Below are positions 1 through 8,143 of a stretch of DNA of 61,729 nucleotides, in pieces. Numbering within the stretch: the first letter of the stretch is position 1; the number at the start of each line of letters is the position of its first letter. Both the position numbers and the translations under genes were made by a program. This stretch comes from an uncultured Algimonas sp. (GTDB lineage: Bacteria > Pseudomonadota > Alphaproteobacteria > Caulobacterales > Maricaulaceae). Where the stretch lies: assembly GCA_964610115.1 (NCBI GenBank), contig CAZSUW010000004.1:1-61729 (forward strand), in the 5' to 3' direction. The notes beneath the pieces were generated by a model, which worked only from the letters and a program-made list of their open reading frames with translations, searched no databases and was not told the origin of the DNA.

Positions 1-128
1 CGGAAACAAAAGACGGCGCGCGGTTTTATGCCCGTGGCGGGGCGGAACGCGCGCCGGAATTCCTAGACGGAGACCTGATCGGCGCGGTGATCAAAACGCA
101 GACTAAAGCCGGAGTAAACGGGTTTTAG
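1..128 (+). CDS. 3' end of a gene entering the window; resembles the C-terminus of thiolase-like acetyl-CoA acetyltransferases
   Basis: Open frame from base 3, ETKDGARFYARGGAERAPEFLDGDLIGAVIKTQTKAGVNGF*, stop TAG at 126-128. The family guess rests on a short C-terminal pattern only. Confidence 0.45.
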   Translation, partial: ETKDGARFYARGGAERAPEFLDGDLIGAVIKTQTKAGVNGF

Positions 129-144
129 GATATCCTAAAACCCG
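119..144. terminator. Perfect 26-bp palindrome over the stop codon; probable bidirectional terminator
   Basis: CGGGTTTTAGGATATCCTAAAACCCG equals its own reverse complement and lies between two convergent genes. Confidence 0.55.
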
Positions 145-156
145 ACATAGTTTCGA

Positions 157-696
157 TTAGTTGGCGAGCCGGCTGACGAAATAAGCGTCCAAACCATCTT
201 TGACCAAAGCGGACTGTACTTCGTCGCCCATGTCTATGAATTCGGCTTCATAGTTGGTGCCTTTGTCGCCCACTTTCTTCACGTGGATGGAACCGGGATA
301 GACGATCTCCCCGGTTTCAACCCTGAAAGAACTCATGGCAGAGGAGACGCCGCGAACGGGTGCAGAATAGCTTTGTTGGTATTGACCGCTCGTCGTCGTG
401 ATCTCGCAATTCACGCTCATTAATTTATAATTTCCGGGAATGACTTGCACGAGGTCATAGGGGGCCGTGAATGATTTAAACGTATGCGTCGCCGTGTAGC
501 TCGCATTGTAGGTTTTCATCGTATCCTGATTCAAAAATACGGCATTCGTGACAAAGCACCGCTTGCCATCATTTTCGATTTTGAAGGCGATGGCCGAGCT
601 ATCGGGTGCAAAGGTCCGCTTCGCCGTTTCAGCTGATGTCGCACAGCCAGACGCGATCAAGCCGATCAGAATGACGGCGGAGTGTTTTAATTTCAT
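157..696 (-). CDS. Hypothetical lipoprotein
   Basis: ATG at 696 follows a GAGGG RBS-like sequence; MKLKHSAVILIGLIASGC is a signal peptide with a lipobox. The ORF track starts further upstream at 789. Confidence 0.7.
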   Translation of the reverse strand: MKLKHSAVILIGLIASGCATSAETAKRTFAPDSSAIAFKIENDGKRCFVTNAVFLNQDTMKTYNASYTATHTFKSFTAPYDLVQVIPGNYKLMSVNCEITTTSGQYQQSYSAPVRGVSSAMSSFRVETGEIVYPGSIHVKKVGDKGTNYEAEFIDMGDEVQSALVKDGLDAYFVSRLAN

Positions 697-842
697 GGTG
701 GGTCCCTCGGTGAATAATAAAGGGGTCAAGAGATAGAAACTCAAACACCTTTCCCCTGCGCGATAGGGGAGGCATGTCATCCTGTCCACGCGTAATTTCT
801 AACTATCGGTGTGGACGGTAGATTAAGTGTCTATCAGTTGTG

Positions 843-956
843 GGCGCGAAGTTCCAAGCAAAAGCCAGCGCCGAGCGCGCGCCGGGGTTTCTAGACGGGA
901 ACCCGATTGGGGATGTGATCAGGACGGTGACCAAGGCGGGGGTGAATGGGTTTTGA
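843..956 (+). pseudogene. Orphan diverged copy of the 3' end of the gene at 1-128
   Basis: GAKFQAKASAERAPGFLDGNPIGDVIRTVTKAGVNGF* aligns without gaps to 15-128 (26/37 aa identical, hand count). An in-frame TAG lies at 819-821 and there is no convincing start. Confidence 0.8.
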
Positions 957-1196
957 CCGCTAACCCCAAACCCCGCTCTCGCCGACCCTTCGCGTCGATT
1001 GATCCCCCAGATCAATCTTTGGCTCCGACGGCGAGCCCATCACCCAACCCTTTCGGCTAGTTTAGACGGCAGGAGATGGACAGGCCGACAAAGTAAAAGA
1101 TAAATTCGGGGGTCATCAACGAAGAAGGTCTGCCCTCGCCTAGAAAGGCAAATAGAAACGTCGCAGCGTCTTAGCGAGCAATAAGGCAATTAGACT

Positions 1197-1670
1197 TTAA
1201 GGTTTTCTTTCTTTGAATAATAGCATTGCCGCAAAAGCAGCTCTATGGCGCGGCCCTGCAGATTGCAAATCTCCAATCGCCTGTTTAGCAGAAGCAATTA
1301 AGCTAATTGTTTGAACTTTAGTAAAACGTTCAAAAGGATCGTAATCTGCTTTGTGTCGCATTTCTTGCATTGTCACGAAAAGCGTGGCGAAATCGGTTAT
1401 TTCAGTTGGGAAACTATATTTCGCATCAACGCATTTGCTACACGCAGTTTTGGCAAGTCCATGATTGATGGCGCGATAAGTTTGGCGCCAGGCGCGCTCA
1501 CAGCGATCTTTACTAGGTGTTCCCATGAAGGCGTCTGCGCTAATTTCGCACAATGAGTGAAACATCGCATAATAAGCAGCACTTACTGCACGCCTTAAAT
1601 GCACTTGTCGGGGCTTATTAGCCGACCTTGTCGCAAGTGCATTTGCCGTAAAAATTAATTCGGAACTCAG
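1197..1670 (-). CDS. HEPN-like (UPF0332-type) protein, candidate toxin
   Basis: Motifs LRRAVSAAYYAMFH and RHKADYD. The frame extends 22 codons above the GTG at 1604 to a CTG at 1670, which overlaps the upstream TGA (CTGA). The DNA is AT-rich. Confidence 0.7.
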   Translation of the reverse strand: MSSELIFTANALATRSANKPRQVHLRRAVSAAYYAMFHSLCEISADAFMGTPSKDRCERAWRQTYRAINHGLAKTACSKCVDAKYSFPTEITDFATLFVTMQEMRHKADYDPFERFTKVQTISLIASAKQAIGDLQSAGPRHRAAFAAMLLFKERKP

Positions 1671-1954
1671 CTTCGCGCGGCTAATAACTGCTTCTCTGCA
1701 AGATGCGGCATGATTACGGGCATTCTATCCTCGCCCTGACCCCTGATCGCGCCTGCTGCAGATTTGACCAAAGTGTACATTATATCTTTGGGTAAACGTC
1801 GAGGCGTTAGCTCGATTACGAGTTCTACAAACAGTACTTCATCACCATCTTCAGATAGTTCAGATGTCACCTTTACCGATTTAACGTCTAGCTTCAGATT
1901 TTGCTGAATAGCTAAAGAGACAACGCTACGAAGCTCCTCTAAATCTCTAGCCAC
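1667..1954 (-). CDS. Small protein upstream of the HEPN-like gene; degenerate MNT-like, candidate antitoxin
   Basis: 95 aa with the acidic motif SEDGDEVLFVELVI, an AAGGT RBS-like sequence and stop/start overlap with the HEPN-like ORF. The MNT assignment is inference. Confidence 0.55.
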   Translation of the reverse strand: MARDLEELRSVVSLAIQQNLKLDVKSVKVTSELSEDGDEVLFVELVIELTPRRLPKDIMYTLVKSAAGAIRGQGEDRMPVIMPHLAEKQLLAARS

Positions 1955-2023
1955 AACTAATACCTTCTTTAAAAATACTCATTCGATGTATGTTCAAAGA
2001 AGGTGGTATTCAAACGAAATTTC

Positions 2024-2088
2024 AGTCATAATTTGAATTATGACTAATGAAGCAAAGCTTCATTAGTCATAAATTACTTTCATGTCAA
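2024..2088 (-). promoter_or_regulatory. Sigma70-type promoter overlapped by an inverted-repeat operator array
   Basis: TTGACA (2088-2083)-N17-TAATGA (2065-2060). Perfect 16-bp inverted repeat at 2038-2053/2057-2072 and 10-bp inverted repeat at 2024-2033/2036-2045. Confidence 0.65.
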
Positions 2089-2775
2089 TCTTTGCCTAGA
2101 TTTTTCCTAGCTTTCTCAGAGTGGTCAAACTGCTCGATTGTCTATCAAACCCCCACCATCCTGCGCCCAAACCCCACATCCACCCCGCCCCGCAACAATC
2201 GTATCCCCGCCATCAAATCTTCCCCCATTGTCCCAAGCTCCACCGTCATTCACGAGGGGTTGCGACGACCTTGGGGCGGGGGGCTGGAGCCTGCGTTATC
2301 ATGCGTGGGGTGCGTTTGCCTTGTCGCGGTGAGCGGACCTCTTGGCGGTGAGGGCGGGCGGACAGGCCGTGGGTTGCATGGGGGAGTGGGATGGACGCGT
2401 GTGCGTGAACTATGCCCCCCGCCTTCGGTCCGGCCTGACATGCGCGCACCCGCCGAAAGCGGGCGCGCCTCTGTCGGGCCTGAGCGGGTGAGCTGTTCGG
2501 TCGGCCCTGCGAAGTCCGCTTGCACGAATGGCCTAAGGCTTCGGCATGCGGGCGTGTCTCGTTGAAAATCGGTGTGTTTAAGTTTCGTCCTTCGGCGAAA
2601 CGCGCCCGCATTCGTGAGCTTGCTGCCAAGCCGGATGCGCAATGTCCCAAAAAGGCCGAGGCCATGATGCCCGGCGAGCGTTTTCGCTTGCGCGAAATAA
2701 ATCTCTGACAGAAATGTTATTTGGGGCCGCCAGGCTTTTAACCGGCTGGCAAGGGGCTTTGTGTAGGCGAGCGCT

Positions 2776-3423
2776 GTGCTGGGATTGAAACGGATAATAA
2801 TTTGCGGAGCCGCCTTGTGGCTCGCGGCTTGTGGCGGAACGCCGGATGTGCGCGACCCGATGAGCGACGCGCCTATGTTGTCGCCGGCGCGGGCGGGCTT
2901 TCTGGCGGATCGTGTGGCGTTTTCGCAAAAGGATCCGCGCTGGGCGTCTGATCCGCTGGGCCAAAGCGGCGATACGCTGGCCTCGGACGGCTGTGTGGTC
3001 ACAAGCGTCGCTATGGCGCTGGGCAATCTGGGGTTTCAGACAAACCCGAAGGATTTGAACAAGCGCCTGATGGAAACCGGTAATTATACGCCGCGCGGCT
3101 GGTTGATCTGGAACGGTGTGTCCGAAGTGACAGGCGGCAAGGCGCAGGCGCATTATTACGATACGGTGTCAGAGCCGCTGATCGCGCAATGTCTGGCGCG
3201 CGGCGATTATCCGCTGGTGCGGTTCATTCTGCCGAATGGGCGCTCGCATTGGGCGATGGTCTTGGGGCGCTCGCAAAATGGCTTTCATATGCGCGATCCG
3301 CTGCGCACGTCGCGTACGCCGCTCGTCTTTCCGCGGGATGCGAGCGCGTTTAAATCGCTGCGCTGTATAGGGCTCGCAGACGGGCGCGTGTCGAACGTCA
3401 GCTATCAAGCAGACGGCGCTTAA
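2776..3423 (+). CDS. Lipoprotein with a C39-like (papain-fold) peptidase domain
   Basis: Lipobox LAAC; motifs FSQKDPRW, GCVVTSVAM (Cys), SHW (His) and RDP (Asp). Confidence 0.7.
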   Translation: MLGLKRIIICGAALWLAACGGTPDVRDPMSDAPMLSPARAGFLADRVAFSQKDPRWASDPLGQSGDTLASDGCVVTSVAMALGNLGFQTNPKDLNKRLMETGNYTPRGWLIWNGVSEVTGGKAQAHYYDTVSEPLIAQCLARGDYPLVRFILPNGRSHWAMVLGRSQNGFHMRDPLRTSRTPLVFPRDASAFKSLRCIGLADGRVSNVSYQADGA

Positions 3424-4936
3424 GCAGCTTGCCGGATTCTGTGCGCGGCAGCTGATCGACAAAAGCGATTTCGCGCGGCGCTTTGACATGGCTGATGCGC
3501 TCACGGGTAAAGGCGATCAGCTCGGCATCGAGGCCGTCTATCGTTGCGCCGGGCACGCATTGGATGAAGGCTTTGACGCGCTCGCCCATATCCGGGCACG
3601 GCACGCCGAGCACAGCCGCGTCGAGCACAGACGGATGGTCGAGCAGGACGTTTTCCGTCTCTTGCGGATAGATATTCACGCCGCCGCTAATGATCATATT
3701 GGCTTTGCGGTCGGTGAGATAGAGAAAGCCATCCGCGTCGAGATGGCCGATATCGCCGAGCGTGGTCAGGCCGCGCTGTTTGGGATTATGTGAGGCGTCG
3801 GTCTTGGCCGCGTCATTATGGTATTCAAAGGAGGAGCCATCGCTAAAATAAACGACGCCGGTCTCGCCAATAGGCAGGGGCTCGCCCGTGTCTTCATGGC
3901 AAATATGGACCTGGCCATAAACAGCGCGGCCGACTGTGCCGGGATGGTCAAGCCAATCCGCGCTGTTACAATAGGTCATGCCATTGCCTTCTGTGCCGGC
4001 ATAGTATTCGTGAATGACGGGACCGAACCAATCGATCATCTGGCGCTTGATGGAAGTCGGGCAGGGGGCGGCGGCATGGACAACGCAGGTGAGCGACGAC
4101 GTGTCGTAAGCGGTGCGGACCGGCTCGGGCTGTTTCAGCAGGCGGACAAACATGGTTGGGACGGTTTGGGTGAAAGTGATTTGGTGGTCCTCAATCGCCT
4201 TCAAAAATGGCTCTTCGCGGAACTTGTCCATGACGAAGACATGCCCGCCGAGACGATGGATCAGCGTGCAATAAACAAGCGGCGCGGCATGGTAGAGTGG
4301 GGCCGGCGAAAGATAGTGCGTCGCTTGATTGGCGCCGTAAAGGCCGGCCACGACCGGGATGAAAGGATGCACGGCTTGCACATCTTCGCTGATGATTTGC
4401 GGCTTAATGCCTTTGGGGCGTCCGGTTGTGCCGGATGAATACATCATATGCCCGCCCGCCATTTCGTCTGCGATGGGCGTGGTTGGAAAGTCAGCGGCGA
4501 AAGCGTCCCAGTCCGCCACGCCTTGAAGGGGATAATCAGCCGCGAAGATCGCCTTTGCGAGCTGTTCGCTGGACTGGAGGGTTTCAATCAGGCGCGGTGC
4601 GGCTTCAACGCGGCCATCCGTGATCAACGCCTTCGCGCCGCAATCGCGGATGATGTAATCGGTCTCCGCATCAGACAGGTGAACGGCGACCGGCACGATT
4701 AACAGCCCGGCGCGCTGCGCGGCCCAATAAAGCGGCAGAAAGGACAGGCTGTTGCGTTTCCAAACCGCGAGCCGATCGCCGTGTCCGAGACCGAGCGCGC
4801 GCAAGGCGTGAGCATATTGGTTTGCGCGGGCATCAAGCTCAGCATAACTCAATGTCGCGATGACCTGTGTATCTGCGTCCAACATGGATAGGGCGGGCGC
4901 GTCGGGTGTGGTGGTGGCCCAATGTTTTGGATGCAT
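3398..4936 (-). CDS. Acyl-CoA synthetase (AMP-binding, fatty-acid-CoA ligase family)
   Basis: Motifs YSSGTTGRPKG, YYAGTE, GDIG, IISGGVNIYPQE and LPRTESGK. Confidence 0.93.
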   Translation of the reverse strand: MHPKHWATTTPDAPALSMLDADTQVIATLSYAELDARANQYAHALRALGLGHGDRLAVWKRNSLSFLPLYWAAQRAGLLIVPVAVHLSDAETDYIIRDCGAKALITDGRVEAAPRLIETLQSSEQLAKAIFAADYPLQGVADWDAFAADFPTTPIADEMAGGHMMYSSGTTGRPKGIKPQIISEDVQAVHPFIPVVAGLYGANQATHYLSPAPLYHAAPLVYCTLIHRLGGHVFVMDKFREEPFLKAIEDHQITFTQTVPTMFVRLLKQPEPVRTAYDTSSLTCVVHAAAPCPTSIKRQMIDWFGPVIHEYYAGTEGNGMTYCNSADWLDHPGTVGRAVYGQVHICHEDTGEPLPIGETGVVYFSDGSSFEYHNDAAKTDASHNPKQRGLTTLGDIGHLDADGFLYLTDRKANMIISGGVNIYPQETENVLLDHPSVLDAAVLGVPCPDMGERVKAFIQCVPGATIDGLDAELIAFTRERISHVKAPREIAFVDQLPRTESGKLLKRRLLDS

Positions 4937-5104
4937 TATTTCGTCCCCGCTTCAGTCGTCTGCCTTATGCTGGCGCGCACAGGCCTATGTCGTCCAGATG
5001 ATCGCCTTTTCATCATATGCATGACACGAAAGGCGGGAATGATTTCATAAAGTTCTTGATTTGTTCTATCTGTTCTGCTTCTCTGCACGGGAATGGAGAG
5101 CGCC

Positions 5105-6676
5105 ATGGTTGCCCGCATTACAACAGTTGCCTTTGAAGGGGCGGATGCGCGGCGCGTGAATGTTCAAGTGCAAGTGACAACCGCGTCCCGCCCGCACTTT
5201 GCGATAGTCGGTCTGGCTGACAAAGCCGTGGCGGAAAGTCGGGAACGGGTTTTTGCTGCTTTTGCGGCGCTCGGCCTGTCACTGCATGGCAAGCGCGTAA
5301 CGGTGAACCTTGCGCCGGCGGACCTCCCGAAAGAGGGGGCACATTATGATTTGCCGATCGCACTGGGCCTGATGGGCGCGCTCGGTGTGATCCCGCCAGA
5401 CGCGATTGCAGGCATGGCAGCGATTGGCGAACTCTCCTTGGACGGGACGTTAGCGGCGGTGCCGGGCGCGCTGCCAGCCGCTGTTATGGCGAATAGTCAC
5501 GACCTTGGACTGATCTGCCCAGAGCCCAATGGGGCAGAAGCGGCGTGGGCGGGGGATCTTCCTCTGCTCGCGCCGCAGACTCTGATTCAGTTGATCAATC
5601 ATTTTAAAGGCTCGCAGATTCTAGCGCGGCCAGAGCCGGGTGAGCTCCTTGATCAACGCCATAACGTTCCGGATCTCCGCGATGTACGGGGTCAGGAAAC
5701 GGCGAAGCGCGCCTTAGAGATTGCGGCAGCCGGGGGGCATAACCTACTCATGGTCGGGCCGCCGGGTTCAGGCAAGTCAATGCTCGCCGCCCGCTTGCCG
5801 GGACTTTTGCCGCCGCTCAATGCGCGGGAGCTTTTAGATGTCTCCATGATCCACTCTGTGGCGGGATTGTTAGAGCGCGGAGAGCTCACCCGGTCGCGTC
5901 CATTTCGCGCGCCACATCATAGCGCGTCCATGCCGGCGCTGGTCGGGGGCGGGATGAAGGCCCGCCCGGGCGAAGCGAGTTTGGCGCATCGTGGCGTTTT
6001 GTTCTTAGACGAGCTCCCAGAGTTTACCCCGCAAGTGCTGGATAGTCTTCGTCAGCCGCTGGAAACGGGCTCAATTTCGGTCGCCCGGGCCAATGCCCAT
6101 GTGACCTATCCGGCACGGTTCCAACTGGTGGCCGCGATGAACCCGTGTCGCTGCGGCAGTGGGGGGGCAGACGGCGTGGCCTGCCGTCGGGGTGCGCGAT
6201 GCGCCTCAGATTATCAAGCGCGCGTCTCGGGTCCATTTATGGACCGGATTGATATTCAGATTGATGTCCCCGCCGTGACGCCCGCCGATCTGGCCTTACC
6301 GCCGGCCAAAGAAGGCACAGCAGAGGTTGCGGCGCGTGTCGCGGCGGCGCGGGCTATGCAGTCTGCCCGGAATGAAGGCCTGACAAATGCAGAACTGCCG
6401 CAAAATGTGCTGGACCGTGTCGCAGAGCCGGATGAGGCGGGCCGCGCTTTATTGTTGAAGGCGGCAGAGGCGCTGGGTCTTACCGCGCGCGGATATCACC
6501 GCACGCTGCGTGTGGCGCGTACGTTAGCAGATTTGGCGGGATCAGACGGCGTGCATCGCTTGCACATTGCAGAAGCTTTGGCGCATCGTCGGGTCAAACG
6601 CCCTGTTGAAGCCGCAGCGGCGCGTGGGCCGTCCGTCGGTTCAGTACGATCGTCTCGTAATCCATTTTACCGATAA
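5105..6676 (+). CDS. comM: YifB/ComM Mg-chelatase-like AAA+ ATPase
   Basis: Motifs VNLAPADLPKEG, GPPGSGKSMLA, PFRAPHHSAS, LFLDELPEF and AAMNPCRCG. Start placed at MVARITT. Confidence 0.93.
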   Translation: MVARITTVAFEGADARRVNVQVQVTTASRPHFAIVGLADKAVAESRERVFAAFAALGLSLHGKRVTVNLAPADLPKEGAHYDLPIALGLMGALGVIPPDAIAGMAAIGELSLDGTLAAVPGALPAAVMANSHDLGLICPEPNGAEAAWAGDLPLLAPQTLIQLINHFKGSQILARPEPGELLDQRHNVPDLRDVRGQETAKRALEIAAAGGHNLLMVGPPGSGKSMLAARLPGLLPPLNARELLDVSMIHSVAGLLERGELTRSRPFRAPHHSASMPALVGGGMKARPGEASLAHRGVLFLDELPEFTPQVLDSLRQPLETGSISVARANAHVTYPARFQLVAAMNPCRCGSGGADGVACRRGARCASDYQARVSGPFMDRIDIQIDVPAVTPADLALPPAKEGTAEVAARVAAARAMQSARNEGLTNAELPQNVLDRVAEPDEAGRALLLKAAEALGLTARGYHRTLRVARTLADLAGSDGVHRLHIAEALAHRRVKRPVEAAAARGPSVGSVRSSRNPFYR

Positions 6677-6707
6677 CTGTCGTTGAATTGACAAAAATGT
6701 CCGAGAG

Positions 6708-6722
6708 GTAAGACGCTATTAA
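6708..6722. promoter_or_regulatory. CtrA-like site
   Basis: GTAA-N7-TTAA, one mismatch to TTAA-N7-TTAA, about 70 bp upstream of the PAS-REC gene. Confidence 0.35.
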
Positions 6723-6791
6723 GGATGTTTAGGCATCGCTAGGTCCGAACTTAGGCGTGTGACGACAGGCCTTAGCACTTAGGGAATAGCG

Positions 6792-8135
6792 ATGCATCAA
6801 TCGCCAGACGATATTTTCGCCGCTCATTTTTGGGCTTGGCCTGATCCAGCGCTCAAGCGCGATGCGCATGGACGTGTGCTTTTCGTCAATGCGGCGTTCC
6901 TGCAACTTTTCGGTGGCCAAGTTGAAGATTGGCGTGGGCAAATTGTTCAAGGCTGGAATCCGCCCCAGCCAGGCCCGGTTCCGTCTCGCTTTGAAATCCG
7001 TACGCCCGCCATGCCTGGCCAAGACGAACAAATCTATGATTGGATGGAAGTGTGTGCTGCCGACGGGACGGCTTTTGCTTTGGCGCGTAATGTTACGGTT
7101 TTTGCGGCGAATACGCCTCCGCCTCGTACCCCGGTTGATGCGACTCCGCCTTACGAAGAGACAAATTTAGAGGTAGAAGTTCCTGGCGAGATCCAACCGG
7201 ACCCGTCAGCAAGTGTCGCCCCTGCCGACATCATAGCGCAGGTGAGTGCTGATCCTGTATCAGCGTCTCCAGCGCCAAATGATACTGTCCTCAACGCGGC
7301 ACCGCCAATTGCCGAACCGCCGACCCTTGACGTTCCACAGATCGATGTTCCTCCGTTGGAAACACCCGATATTAGCGTGCCGTCTCTTGATGCAGGACGA
7401 TCAGAGACGGTTGCAGTCGCGCCAGAAGTGCCGGCGATGGACGCCGCGATTCCGGCGGCGCAGGACAATTCACTGGGTGTCAGTGAAATTGCGCAAGTGT
7501 CTGCGGTAGACACGGATACGAATACTGGTGTTTCCGAGCCTGCGCCTCAAGCGACGCATGAGGCTGACCTTGAAACGGAACGTGATTTCGAAAGACGCGC
7601 CTTGCCTATTGAAAATGGGGATGCTGTCTTAGGAAATAATTGGCGCGACGCTGTCATTGCCAAAGCGGTCGGTGTCGTCGACACGCCGGATGACGTTGAG
7701 CAAGACGCGCCTGCGGCAAGTGCAACAGCTGCAAAGACGGGCGGTGCGATACGCATTCTGCTTGCGGAAGATAACGCCATCAACGCCCTGCTAACGCGCA
7801 CATTATTGGAAGCGGAAGGCCATACGGTCGAAACCGTTGAAGATGGTCAACTCGCTGTTGAGGCTATGAAAAGCTCGCATTTCGACATGATCTTCATGGA
7901 TATGCGCATGCCCAATATGGACGGGCTGGAAGCGACGCGAAAAATCCGCGCTTTGCCCAGTGCGGCCAAAAACCTGCCCATTATTGCGCTGACGGCCAAC
8001 GCCTTTGATGACGACAGGAATGCGTGTTTTGACAGCGGCATGAATGATTTCATGACCAAGCCGGTCTCAGCTGAAGAGCTCTCTGAAATGGTCTCCCGCT
8101 GGACAGGGCAATCAGAGCAAGCCTTAGCAAGTTAG
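6792..8135 (+). CDS. PAS-like domain + long acidic/Pro-rich linker + response-regulator receiver domain
   Basis: N-terminal KRDAHGRVLFVNAAF (PAS-like); C-terminal ILLAEDNAIN, FMDMRMPNMDG, IIALTANA and FMTKP. No HisKA or HATPase motifs seen. Confidence 0.8.
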   Translation: MHQSPDDIFAAHFWAWPDPALKRDAHGRVLFVNAAFLQLFGGQVEDWRGQIVQGWNPPQPGPVPSRFEIRTPAMPGQDEQIYDWMEVCAADGTAFALARNVTVFAANTPPPRTPVDATPPYEETNLEVEVPGEIQPDPSASVAPADIIAQVSADPVSASPAPNDTVLNAAPPIAEPPTLDVPQIDVPPLETPDISVPSLDAGRSETVAVAPEVPAMDAAIPAAQDNSLGVSEIAQVSAVDTDTNTGVSEPAPQATHEADLETERDFERRALPIENGDAVLGNNWRDAVIAKAVGVVDTPDDVEQDAPAASATAAKTGGAIRILLAEDNAINALLTRTLLEAEGHTVETVEDGQLAVEAMKSSHFDMIFMDMRMPNMDGLEATRKIRALPSAAKNLPIIALTANAFDDDRNACFDSGMNDFMTKPVSAEELSEMVSRWTGQSEQALAS

Positions 8136-8143
8136 CTGACAAG

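Noticed and set aside
2580-2605. GGACGAAAC on the minus strand, suggesting a hammerhead ribozyme
   Set aside because: No CUGANGA core in the required position.
2047-3153. Overlapping long ORFs (2047-2565 +, 2246-2665 -, 2250-3026 -, 2578-3153 -)
   Set aside because: Arg/Pro/Gly-rich translations without motifs, typical of GC-rich non-coding DNA or antisense shadows.
5105-6676. comM as a mobile-element integration hotspot
   Set aside because: The gene is intact, with no integrase or att duplication visible.
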